Positions 36,541 to 47,764 of a stretch of DNA of 64,000 nucleotides are shown here, in pieces; the stretch's first letter is position 1; each line of letters starts with the position of its first letter. This DNA is from Mobula hypostoma (taxonomy: Eukaryota), in NCBI RefSeq assembly GCF_963921235.1, contig NC_086109.1, forward strand, positions 6,264,001 through 6,328,000. Direction: 5' to 3'. Under the pieces are notes generated by a model. It was not told the origin of the DNA. It saw only the letters and a program-made list of their open reading frames with translations, and did not search any database. Position numbers and translations under genes: made by a program.

Positions 36541-38883
36541 AAGCTGATTCATAAAAGGAAGAATTCACCTGCCATTTCATGGTGCTATGACATTCCACAC
36601 TGTCTTACAGCCAGTTAATTTCTTTTGAAGGTCACTTTGGAAATGTGTGGTAACCATTTTGAATGCAACAGTCCCGTACATTTAGAAGAACCATAATCAA
36701 TAATCTGTCTTCGATGACACTGATTGGAAGATATACCTTGGCCAGAATACTGGCTGCTCATTTTCAAACAGTGCAGTTGATTTTTTTTTAAACCTCCACT
36801 TTATGTTCAAATTATTTTCTAATGGTTTACTAATATTCAATTATTGTCTTACAGATTAGATCTGTTTACACCTTTCATACAGCACAAAGTGTATTTGGAT
36901 TACGGTAGTCTTATAAATCCACATATTTAAGTTAAAAAGGTCACTTATAAATTTGATTGATTAGGTTCTTCTTGCATTTAAAATGTTTCAGCTGAATTTT
37001 CCAGAAGTTGAAAGTAAATTTATTTTTTAAAAAAAGATGTTTTGTTAAGCATTTGCTCTGAAGAAAATTATAAGGAACTACTGTTTTTACGTAAAATGTT
37101 GCTTTGTTCAGAAATCCTTATTAACAAAATACAGTAATACAGAGTGAAATTCTCTAGTCTGATCTCCTTGGGACCTGACCAGTGCCTGAGGACAGAAAAT
37201 CCAGTTCACAGAAATTGTCCCCAATGATCCTCTCCTGAGCAGGAAAATTGTTCATTTTACGTGCAAACACACTCTAGGTCACACAGGGATCGAAGAATTA
37301 TTTGTAACCCTAAGTGTCTGTAAGTTGGTAATGCTGTCTGCTAAAGATTGGCCAAGTTGCACTGGAAAGTTAGTTAGTCACAAAGTGGTACGAACTTAGT
37401 TAATCTGGGATCTGGTTAATTAGTAAAGACCTGTATTACGGATTCAAAATGTAGTGGATCATGAGGGTTGTCAGACCACAGACTGCTGGACTAGACATTC
37501 ATCCTGAGGTTACAAGGGTGCTAAAGACTTCTGAACAGTTTCAGAGAGTCCAAAGGTAATAGGCTGAAAAGCTGATACAAGAACCAAAAGTGCAAGAAAT
37601 ACTCAACAAACTACACAGCGTCTGTGGAGAGATAATGTTTCACCAGATGATGTTTCTGAGAAAAGTGAATCAACATGCCAAATTAATCCTTTCCAAAGTA
37701 ACTCCAGGTAAAAGCGAAAGTTTTCATGCTAACCTCCCATTTTGTTTCTGACATAATTCAGTGCCAGCAGAAAGATTTAGATCTTGTATGCTGAGAATCA
37801 TGGGGGATTATTTTGAAAAAGAAACTCTGAAAAGAACATATTACATTCAGTTTAGTAATACTTTATCATAGCAAAAAACAAACCTGAAATTTTGTAAGCT
37901 CATTCAAAATCGTAATTTAAAAGCTGTTGTACTGTTACGTAGAGTCATAGAACACCAGAGCAAGGAAATGGGCCCTTCAGCCTATCTACTCCTTGCTGAA
38001 CTGTAATTCTTTCTCGTCCCATTGACCCACAGCTGTACCATAGGTCTCCATACCCCTCCCATCCATTTACCCATCCAAACTTTTCGTAAGTGTTCCAACC
38101 AAACATGCATCCGTCACTTCTGCTGGCAGCTGGTTCCACAATCGTACCTCCCTCTGACTGAAAAAAAGCTCCCCCCCTCAGGGTTTCCCTTAAATATTTC
38201 ACCTTTCATCCTAAACCAATGACCTCTAGTTCTAGTCTCACTCAATCTCAATGGGAAAAGCCTGCAAACATCTATCCTCATATTACCCTTCATGATTTTG
38301 CATACCTTTGTTAATTCTCCCCTCATTCTCCTGCACTCCAGGGAATCAAATCCCTGGATTTGACGACTTTTTAGAGCAGTTTTTGCTTGAGCCTACTTGG
38401 GGAAAGGCCATCTTAGATTGGGTGTTGTGTAATAACTCAGATCTTATTAGGGAGCTTAATTTAAAGGAACCCTTAGGAGGCAATGAACAGGATATGATAA
38501 ATTCATACTGCAGTTTGAGAGGAAGAAGCACAAGTCATATGTATCGGTATCACAATGGAATTAAGGGAATTACAGAGGCATGAGAGAGGAGCTTGCCCAG
38601 GTGGATTGGAGGAGGATACTGGCAGGGATGACGGCAGAGTAGAGATGGCTGAAGTTTCTGGGAATAGTTCACAAGACATAGGATAGGTATGTCCCACAGA
38701 AGTTGTTCTCAAATGGCAGGGGTAGGCAATGGTTGTTGACAAGGGAAGTTAAGGTCTGCATAAAAGCCAAGGGAAGGGCGTATAATGTAGCAAAAGTGAG
38801 TGGGAAGTTGGATGATTGGGAAGCTTTCAGAGTCCAACTAAAGGCAACTGAAAAAGCTACAAAAAGGGAAAAATTAAACATGT

Positions 38884-39750
38884 GAGGGTTATCAGAGGTT
38901 ACAGCAGGACATCGATAGGATGCAGAATTGGGCTGAGAAGTAACAGATGGAGTTCAACCCAGATAAATGTGAAGTGGTTCATTTTGGTAGGTCCAATTTA
39001 AAGATAGAATATAAATGGTAAGACTCTTGACAATGTGGAGGATCTGAGAGACCTTGGGGTCTGTGTCGATAGGACACAGAAAGCTGCTGCACAGGTTGAC
39101 AGGGTTGTTACGAAAGCGTATGATGTGCTGGCATTCATCAACCATGAGACTGAGTTCAAGAGCCGTTAGGTAATGTTACAGCTATACAAGACCTTGGTCA
39201 GGCCCCACTTGGAGTACTGTGTTCAGTTCCGGTCACCTCACTACGGGAAGGATGTGGATACTATAGAGAGATTGCAGAGGAGATTTACAAGGATATTGCC
39301 TGGATTGGAGGGCATACCTTATGAGAATAGGTTGAGTGTACTTGGCCTTTTTTCCTTGGAGCTACAGAGGATGAGAGGTGACCTGATAGAGGTGTATAAG
39401 ATGATGAGAGGCATTGATCATGTGGATAGCCAGAGGCTTTTTCCTAGGGCTGAAATGGGTAACGTGAGGGGGCATAGTTTTAGGGTGCTTGGAAATAGGT
39501 ACCGAGGGGATGTCAGAGTAAGTTTTTCACACAGAGTGGTTGTGTGTGGAATGCACTGCCGGCAGCAGTGGTGGAAGCAGATATAATAGGGTCTTTCAAG
39601 AGCCTCTTAGATAGGTACATGGAGTTTAGAAAAAGAGGAGGCTATCTGCTAGGGAAACTCTAGACTGTCTCTAGAGTAGGTTACATGGTCGGCATGACAT
39701 TGTGGGCCGAAGGGCCTGTAATGCGCTGTAAATTTCTATGTCCTATGTTC
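38884..39750 (+). mobile_element. 5'-truncated CR1 LINE nested in the host CR1
   Basis: Encodes the ORF2 C-terminus (LVRPHLEYCVQF, RMRGDLIEVYK) and ends in a ttctatgtcctatgttc tail. The host frame resumes after it. Confidence 0.88.
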
Positions 39751-40699
39751 AAACTAGCCAATAATATAAAGCAGGATGCTAAAAGTTTTTTCAGTTATAT
39801 AAAGAGTAAAAGGGAGGTGACAGTTGATATTGGTACCACTGAAAATTATGTTGGCTAGGTAGTAATGGGGGACAAAGAAATGGGTTCTTTGCATTAGTCT
39901 TCACTATGGAAGACACCAGCAGTGTGCCAGAGGTCCTTAATTGTCAGAGGTCCGTGAGTGCCATTGCTATTACAAAGGAAAAAGTGCTAGGCAAACTCAA
40001 AGGTCTTAAGGTGGATAAGTCACCCGGACCAGAAGGACTACATCCCAGAGTCCTTGGAGAGGCTGCTGAAGAGATAATGGATGCATTGTTCATGATCTGT
40101 CAACTGATTCTGGCATGGTCCCAGACAACTGGAAAATTGCAAATGTCGCTCCACTCTTTAAGAAGGGAGGATGGCAAAAGAAAGGAAATTATAGGCCAGT
40201 TAGCCTAACCTCAGAGGTTGGGAAAGTGATAAAGTCTAAATTTATTAAGTATGAGGTTTTGAGGTACTTGGAGATCAATGATAAAATAAGTTGAAATCAG
40301 CATGGTTTCGATAAAGGGAAATCTTGCCTGACAAATCTGTTAGAGTTCTTTGAGGAAGTAACAAGCAGGGTGGACAAAGGAGAGGCAGTGAATGTCATTT
40401 ACTTGGATTTTCAGAAGGCCTTTGATAAGGTGCCGCACATGAGGTTGCTTAACAAGATAAAATCCCATGGTGTTACAGGAAAGATATTGGCATGGATAGC
40501 AGAATGGCTGACAGGCAGGAGGCAGCCAGTGGGAATAAAAGGGGCCTTTTCCGCTTGGCTGCCAGAGACTAGTGGTGTTCCTCAGGGGTCAGTATTGGGA
40601 CCACTACTTTTCACATTATTTGTCTATGATTTGGATAATAGAATTAATAGCTTTGTGGCTAAGTTTGCATATGATATGAAGATAGGTGGAGGGGTAGGT

Positions 40700-43360
40700 A
40701 TATTACAGCAGTGCTCAGGCAGGACAGATTAGAGGGCTTGTCTACTGAGTCCTTATGGGTGGAGCTGAGAAACAGGAAAGGTATGGCCACATTACTGGGA
40801 TTGTATTACAGACCACCCAATAGTCAACGAGACTTGGAAGAGCAAATGTGCAGAGAGATAGCAGGCAACTGCAGGAAACAAAGTTGTGGTGGTAGGGGAT
40901 TTTAATTTTCCATAGATTGATTGGGACTCCCATACTGTTAGGGGTCTAGATGGTTTAGAGTTTGTAAAATGTGTTCAGGAAAGTTTTCTAAATCAATATA
41001 TAGAGGGACCAACTAGAGGGGATGCAATATTGGATCTCCTGTTAGGAAACGAATTAGGGCAAGTGCCAGAAGTCTGTGTAGGGGAGCACTTTGGTTCCAG
41101 TGATCATAACACTGTTAGTTTCAATTTGATCATGGACAAGGATAGATCTGGTCCTAGGGTTGAGGTTCTGAACTGGAAGAAGGCCAAATTTGAAGAAGTG
41201 AGAAAGGATCTAAAAAGCGTGGATTGGGACAGGTTGTTCTCTGGCAAAGATGTGATTGGTAGGTGGGAAGCCTTCAAAGGGGAAATTTTGAGAGTGCAGA
41301 GTTTGTATGTTCCTGTCAGGATTAAAGGCAAATTGAATAGGAATAAGGAACCTTGGTTCTCATGGAATATTGCAACTCTGATAAAGAAGAAGAGGGAGTT
41401 GTATGAAATGTATAGGAAACAGGGGGTAAATCAGGTGCTTGAGGAGTATAAGAAGTGCAAGAAAATACTTAAGAAAGAGATCAGGAGGGCTAAAAGAAGA
41501 CATGAGGTTGCCTTGGCAGTCAAAGTGAAGGATAATCCAAAGAGCTTTTACAAGTATATTAAGAGCAAAAGGATTGTAAGGGATAAAATTGATCCTCTTG
41601 AAGATCAGAGTGGTCGGCTTTGTGCGGAACCAAAGGAAATGGGGGAGATCTTAAATAGGTTTTTTGCATCTGTATTTACCAAGGAAGCTGGCATGAAATC
41701 TATGGAATTGAGGGAATCAAGTAGTGAGACCATGGAAACTGTACAGATTGAAAAGGAGGAGGTGCTTGCTGTCTTGAGGAAAATTAAAGTGGATAAATCC
41801 CCGGGACCTGACAGAATGTTCCCTCGGACCTTGAAGGAGACTAGTGTTGAAATTGCGGGGGCCCTGGCAGAAATATTTAAAATGTCGCTGTCTACGGTGA
41901 AGTGCCAAAGGATTGGAGAGTGGCTCATGTTGTTCCGTTGTTTAAAAAAGGATCGAAAAGTAATCCGGGAAATTATAGGCCGGTGAGTTTAACGTCAGTA
42001 GTAGGTAAGTTATTGGAGGGAGTACTAAGAGACAGAATCTACAAGCATTTGGATAGACAGGGGCTTATTAGGGAGAGTCAACATGGCTTTGTGCGTGGTA
42101 GGTCATGTTTGACCAATCTGTTGGAGTTTTTCGAGGAGGTTACCAGGAAAGTGGATGAAGGGAAGGCAGTGGATATTGTCTACATGGACTTCAGTAAGGC
42201 CTTTGACAAGGTCCCGCATGGGAGGTTAGTTAGGAAAATTCAGTCGCTAGGTATACATGGAGAGGTGGTAAATTGGATTAGACATTGGCTCGATGGAAGA
42301 AGCCAAAGAGTGGTAGTAGAGAATTTCTTCTCTGAGTGGAGGCCTGTGACTAGTGGTGTGCCACAGGGATCAGTGCTGGGTCCATTGTTATTTGTCATCT
42401 ATATCAATGATCTGGATGATAATGTGGTAAATTGGATCAGCAAGTTTGCTGATGATACAAAGATTGGAGATGTAGTAGACAGTGAGGAAGGTTTTCAGAG
42501 CCTGCAGAGGGACTTGGACCAGCTGGAAAAATGGGCTGAGAAATGGCAGATGGAGTTTAATACAGACAAGTGTGAGGTATTGCATGTTGGAAGGACAAGC
42601 CAAGGTAGAACATACAGGGTTAATGGTAAGGCACTGAGGAGTGCAGTGGAACAGAGGGATCTGAGAATACAGATACAAAATTCCCTAAAAGTGTCGTCAC
42701 AGGCAGATAGGGTCGTAAAGAGAGCTTTTGGTACATTGGCCTTTATTAATCAAAGTATTGAGTATAAGAGCTGGAATGTTATGATGAGGTTGTATAAGGC
42801 ATTGGTGAGGCCGAATCTGGAGTATTGTGTTCAGTTTTGGTCACCAAATTACAGGAAGGATATAAATAAGGTTGAAAGAGTGCAGAGAAGGTTTACAAGG
42901 ATGTTGCTGGGACTTGAGAAACTCAGTTACAGAGAAAGGTTGAATAGGTTAGGACTTTATTCCCTGGAGCGTAGAAGAATGAGGGGAGATTTGATAGAGG
43001 TATATAAAATTATGATGGGTATAGATAGAGTGAATGCAAGCAGGCTTTTTCCACTGAGGCAAGGGGAGAAAAAAACCAGAGGACATGGGTTAAGGGTGAG
43101 GGGCGAAAAGTTTAAAGGGAACATTAGGGGGGGCTTCTTCACACAGAGAGTGGTGGGAGTATGGAATGAGCTGCCAGACGAGGTGGTAAATGCGGGTTCT
43201 TTTTTAACATTTAAGAATAAATTGGACAGATACATGGATGGGAGGTGTATGGAGGAATATGGTCCATGTGCAGGTCAGTGGGACTAGGCAGAAAATGGTT
43301 CAGCACAGCCAAGAAGGGCCAAAGGGCCTGTTTCTGTGCCGTAGTTTCTATGGTTCTATG
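40700..43360 (+). mobile_element. Young 5'-truncated CR1-clade LINE (partial APE endonuclease plus reverse transcriptase, frameshifted)
   Basis: ORFs 40711-40905 (LYYRPPNS), 41030-41986 (GSSDHN, KSPGPD) and 41902-43287 (NYRPVSLTS, QHGF, DFSKAFDKV, GVPQGSVLGP, FADDTK, EYCVQFWSP). Ends in a (ttctatgg) tail. Confidence 0.95.
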
Positions 43361-44945
43361 GTGCTGAGGAAGCAATGTGATTGCAGCAGGACTTAGCCAA
43401 ATTGGAAGAATGGGCAAAAAAGTGGCAGATGGAATACAGTGTGGGGAAATGTATGATAGTGCATTTTGTAAAAAGAACAATAGTGTGGACTGTTACCTAA
43501 ATGGGGAGAAGGTTCAAATATCAAAGGTGCAGAGGGACTTAGGAGTCCTTGTGCAGGATGCCCAGAAGGCCGAGTCTGTGGTAAAGAAGGCAAACGCAAT
43601 GTTGGCATTTATTTCAAGGGGAATAGAATATAAAAACAAGGAGATAATGCTGAGGCTTTTTAAGACACTGGTCAGGCCACAACTGTAGTATTGTCAACAG
43701 TTTTGGGCACAATATCTCAGAAAGGTTGTGTTGTCATTTGAGAGAGGCCAGAGGAGGTTCACAAGGATGATTCCAGGAATAAAGGGATTATTTATTAATA
43801 AAAGGATTCCAGGAATAAATTCCAATAATAAACATATGAGGAGCATTTCGCAGCTTTGGGCTTGTACTCACTGGAATTTAAAAGAATATGGATGGATTTA
43901 ATTGAAACTTACTGAAAGTTGAAAGGATTAGATAAGGTGGATGTGGAGAGGATGTTTCCTATGGTGGGCTTATCCAGAACTGGAGGGCACAGCCTCAAAA
44001 TTGAGGGGTGGCCTTTTAGAACAGAGGTAAGGAAGATTTTTTATTAAGCCAGAGAGTAGTGAATCCTTGGTATGCTCTGCCAATGACTGCGGTGGAGGCC
44101 AAGTCCGTGGGTATATTTAAAATGGAAGTTGATCATTTCCTGATCAGTCAAGGCATCAAAGGATATGGCGAGAAGGCAGGTGTATGGGGTTGAGTGGAAT
44201 CCGGGATCGGCCATGATAGGATGGTGGAGCTTACTCGATGGGCCGAATGGCCTAATTTTGTTCCTATCCCTTATGCTCTAAATCCTAACCTTTTCACCTT
44301 TCCCGATAACTTAGGTCCTCAAGTCCTCAGTGTAACATTAAAAGGATAAATTATACAGATGTTATGCTCTGTTAAATCCCTATCCAGGTATTGAAATATA
44401 CCTGAATTAGCAGAAAATTAATGCTAATGCCCAGACACAATATATGCCCAATTGTCTGTGTTCAGTGTTCATAGATATACTGAGCAACTCAGCATGAAAC
44501 CAGTCTATTATCTAAAACAGGCTGCTAGCTCAATCTTTCACCATTGCTCCATGCAAAGAAACATAAAAGCATAAATGTAAAATAGTTTCATTATGAAAAA
44601 AACCACAAAATTATATAATATGATTATTTCTGATAAATATACTAGGGAAAGACATAAGCAATGCTCAGGTTGCCTGACAAATATAACATTTATCGAGACG
44701 TCCTCTCCAAAATGGCCCAAGACTTTAATTGTACCCATAGTCATGAATGTTTACTGAATCGGGTTATTTAGGTGTAGACTCAGACTTGTCAAATTTAATA
44801 TTCTTGTATAGACTTCACTCTGCTGATCTTGTGAATCTTCTGCAGCCAGAAAACATTCAGATTTCTGAATGGGCAATGAACCGATCCATGAACACTACCT
44901 CACTATTTTTGCTCTCTTTTTGCCGCAAGATGACATATTTCATGT

Positions 44946-45466
44946 CACTCTATAGCCACTTTATTAGGTACCTCCCGTATGTTCGTGGTCTTCTGCTGCT
45001 GTAGCCCAACCACTTCAAGATTCGACTTATGTGTTCCGAGATGCTCTTCTGCACACCACTATTGTAATTTAAGTTACTGTCTCCGTCCTGTCAGCTTGAA
45101 CCAGTCTACCCATTCTCCTCTGACCTCTCTCAAATATGAGGCATTTTCCCCCGGTAGGACTTCCACTCACTGGATGTTTTTTTGTTCTTCGCATCATTCT
45201 CTGTAAACTCTAGAGATTGTTGTGCATGAGAATCACAAATCAACAATTCTTGAGATACTCAAACCACCCTGTCTGGCACCAACAATTATTCCATGATCCC
45301 AGTCACTTAGATCGTATTTCTCCCCATTCTGATGTTTGGTCTGAACAAAAATGAAACCCTTGACCATGTCTGCATGCTTTTATGCTGCCACATGATTGGG
45401 TGATTAGATATTTGCATCAACAAGCAGCAGGTGTACAGGTGTAGCTAATAAAGTGGCCACTGAGAG
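44946..45466. mobile_element. Non-autonomous Tc1-like DNA transposon (~520 bp)
   Basis: TIRs cactctatagccactttattaggtac / gtagctaataaagtggccactgagag. Confidence 0.75.
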
Positions 45467-46012
45467 TCTGTCAGTGATACTAAGTCTGATTCAGATCCTG
45501 AATTTTAAATTTCAATAATCTCCAACTTTTTTAGACTGCGATCACCCCTCAGTGGTGTTTCGGCTGCAAAACAAGTTCGCTCAGTAAATCCTTCTCTCTC
45601 TCCCCTACTTGACCAGGCTCCAAGTTCCTTCTTCTAGTTATAACTTCTTTAGCTTAGCATCTGTTTGCCTTAGGCTTTTCTGAAGAACTTTAGGGCATTT
45701 TAATGAGTCAAAGACATTATGTACATGTAGGCTCTGTTGAAATTCATTTTAACAATCAAGTTCTTTTAAAACAGTGAGACTAGATTTCAAGTTCACACAA
45801 GTTATAAATTCGGAAGCAGAGTCATAGATAAAACTTCCTCTATTCTGTTCCTTAAAAAATCTTGTGTGAGAGTTGTATTTCCTACACAAATCATCTACTT
45901 GACCTTTGGGGAAGAGTACTACATTATCCCACACCCTAAGACCAGATCCTTGAAAGCAAAAAAATCCCTTAAATTCCATATGCAAGGGCTGAAATCAAAT
46001 CTAGGTTCTAAA

Positions 46013-46337
46013 CACTGTTCACTCTGAGCTGTGTGTGCGCACTGCTGCACAGTAACTGAAATGCCCCCATGCACATAACCCTTGTAGCTGCACAGCTGGA
46101 ACTGGATGCCGCTAGAAAAAGTTTACAAAACGTGAAACATTTTTTTTTGTACTGTATTTCACTGTACGCCTCAATGAATAAATAAAATCAAAAGTTTCAA
46201 TTTTCATTCTAAATATTCATAGTATGCATATTAAAAAATGTTGGAAGTGCTGCGCAGTTTTCAGGCCATGTAAAAAGTTCCTGCTCGGAATAATGGTTGG
46301 TCCACACAGCTGTAAAAAAGAATTAATGAGAATGTTG
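46013..46337. mobile_element. hAT-type MITE
   Basis: Degenerate TIRs cactgttcactctga / ttaatgagaatgttg. 8-bp TSD gttctaaa / gttctaca (1 mismatch). Confidence 0.65.
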
Positions 46338-46669
46338 GTTCTACAAGTACGACCATGGAACAAAAGAGCAAAATTACACTATTTGGCCCATCACATCGGC
46401 TCCACCATTTGATCATGGCTGATTTACTTTCCCTCTCAACCCCTTTCTCTGGCCTTCTCCCTGTAACCTTTGATGCCCTTAATAATCAAGAATCTATCAA
46501 CCTCCACTTTAAACAAACCTAATAATTTGACCTCCACAGCTGTCTGAGACAGCATTCCATGGATTCACCACCCTTTGGCTGAAGAAATTCCTCTACATCG
46601 CTGTTCTAAAAGGGTCAACCTTCTTTTCTAAGCTTTGTAATAGGGGATACTAAGTAATAGTATTGACCA

Positions 46670-47614
46670 AAGCATACGCCTCTCAGTAAAGTTTATTTTT
46701 AAATTAAACTGCAATATAAAAAAATAATACAGTACAGAAGAAGTTGTTCAAATGCACACCATCTTATGTGGATTTCAGCAGGTCACTTGAATTAAAAAAT
46801 GCCAGACTAGTTCCTGGGAATTGGATATAGCAACAGTTACAAAAATGGATGTCTTCAAGGAGCTGAGGAAGATTTTTCTAAATTTAATTTCTATTCGTTT
46901 AGGAATTTATTATTAATGGCAAACCGTGTACGTTTTCCTTAAAGAGGTATTTTCACATTAATATCAATCAACACTATTCATGATACAGCTCTCCTTAAAT
47001 TATCCAGTTAAGATGTACACTTAGTGACAAACGTGAATACAAGATGGGATTCTGTCCGATTATACAGAGCACTCAACATGCAACACCTGCTTAAAGATTA
47101 ATTTTTGTTGTAGAAAAGGACACAAATAATTTTGGCATAACATGCAGAAAGAATCTATTAAGGTTTAGTGAGCACCGTTGAAGATGCTCTAAACAGTGAA
47201 CTGGGCACAGCAGAACAGTCAGTACAACCCTTTGATAATGCACCCGGCAGCCTCTGGAATGCACGACCGACCTAAATATACAGATAATTTCCTGTTCAAC
47301 ATTAAGAAGCAAAGAAAGAGGGTTTGTAATTCACAGAATTCTTCCAATAGATTTTAGAGATGACGACTCAAAAAAACATTTTGTCTGCCTACTCTGATGG
47401 TTATTTAAAACATGTTAGGAAAAAGCGACAGGTGCTTTGGTTAGTCCAAAGTGTAGCTCTGCACACACAGCAATGTTCGGAATCTGTCACCAGAGCAGCA
47501 GTCTGAGATCTACGGCAATGCTTGCTGATGCCTTGTTGCACATGTCCCATGAGATGATCTGCTCAAATGATCTGAGCAAAATGAAAGATAGATTCACGTT
47601 TATAGTCACTCCGG
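46670..47614 (-). other. RASSF5: Probable RASSF5 3' UTR with candidate poly(A) signals
   Basis: Repeat-free, AT-rich sequence directly after the stop codon. AATAAA on the minus strand at 46906-46911 and 46692-46697, the latter preceded by U-rich sequence. The endpoint is inferred. Confidence 0.55.
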
Positions 47615-47764
47615 TTATCCCGGCTTCCCGGCTGCCTTCAAGGCTTGCTCCAGCTTTTGACGAAATGTGATGTACTTTTGCCGAGCTTGATGGATACGCT
47701 CCTTTTCTTCTTTCTCCAATATAATGAGGAAATTTTGCAATTCGGGCACACTGAAGGCATCCCA
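47615..47764 (-). CDS. RASSF5: RASSF5 last coding exon, SARAH domain, ending in TAA
   Basis: Acceptor tttttgcag|TGG, phase 0. Encodes WDAFSVPELQNFLIILEKEEKERIHQARQKYITFRQKLEQALKAAGKPG*, the SARAH consensus WDAFSxPELQNFL with the RASSF5-type C-terminus GKPG. Confidence 0.95.
   Translation of the reverse strand, partial: WDAFSVPELQNFLIILEKEEKERIHQARQKYITFRQKLEQALKAAGKPG

Larger units (their letters stand above)
38349..44279 (+). mobile_element. Older CR1 LINE acting as host, interrupted by two younger CR1 insertions
   Basis: Collinear ORF2 remnants at 38349-38883, 39751-40699 and 43361-44279 (ILDWVLCN, KSPGPEGLHPRVL, DFQKAFDKVPH, GVPQGSVLGP, 3' UTR). Flanked by aaatcc at 38348-38353 and 44280-44285. 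Confidence 0.88.

Noticed and set aside
41902..43287. 461-aa RT ORF as a domesticated or host gene
   Set aside because: It is part of a 5'-truncated, frameshifted CR1 copy with a typical 3' tail, nested in another LINE.
45749..45985. 78-aa minus-strand ORF with a possible acceptor as an extra RASSF5 exon
   Set aside because: It lies beyond the RASSF5 stop and likely poly(A) signal, has no recognisable homology and no phase-compatible partner exon.
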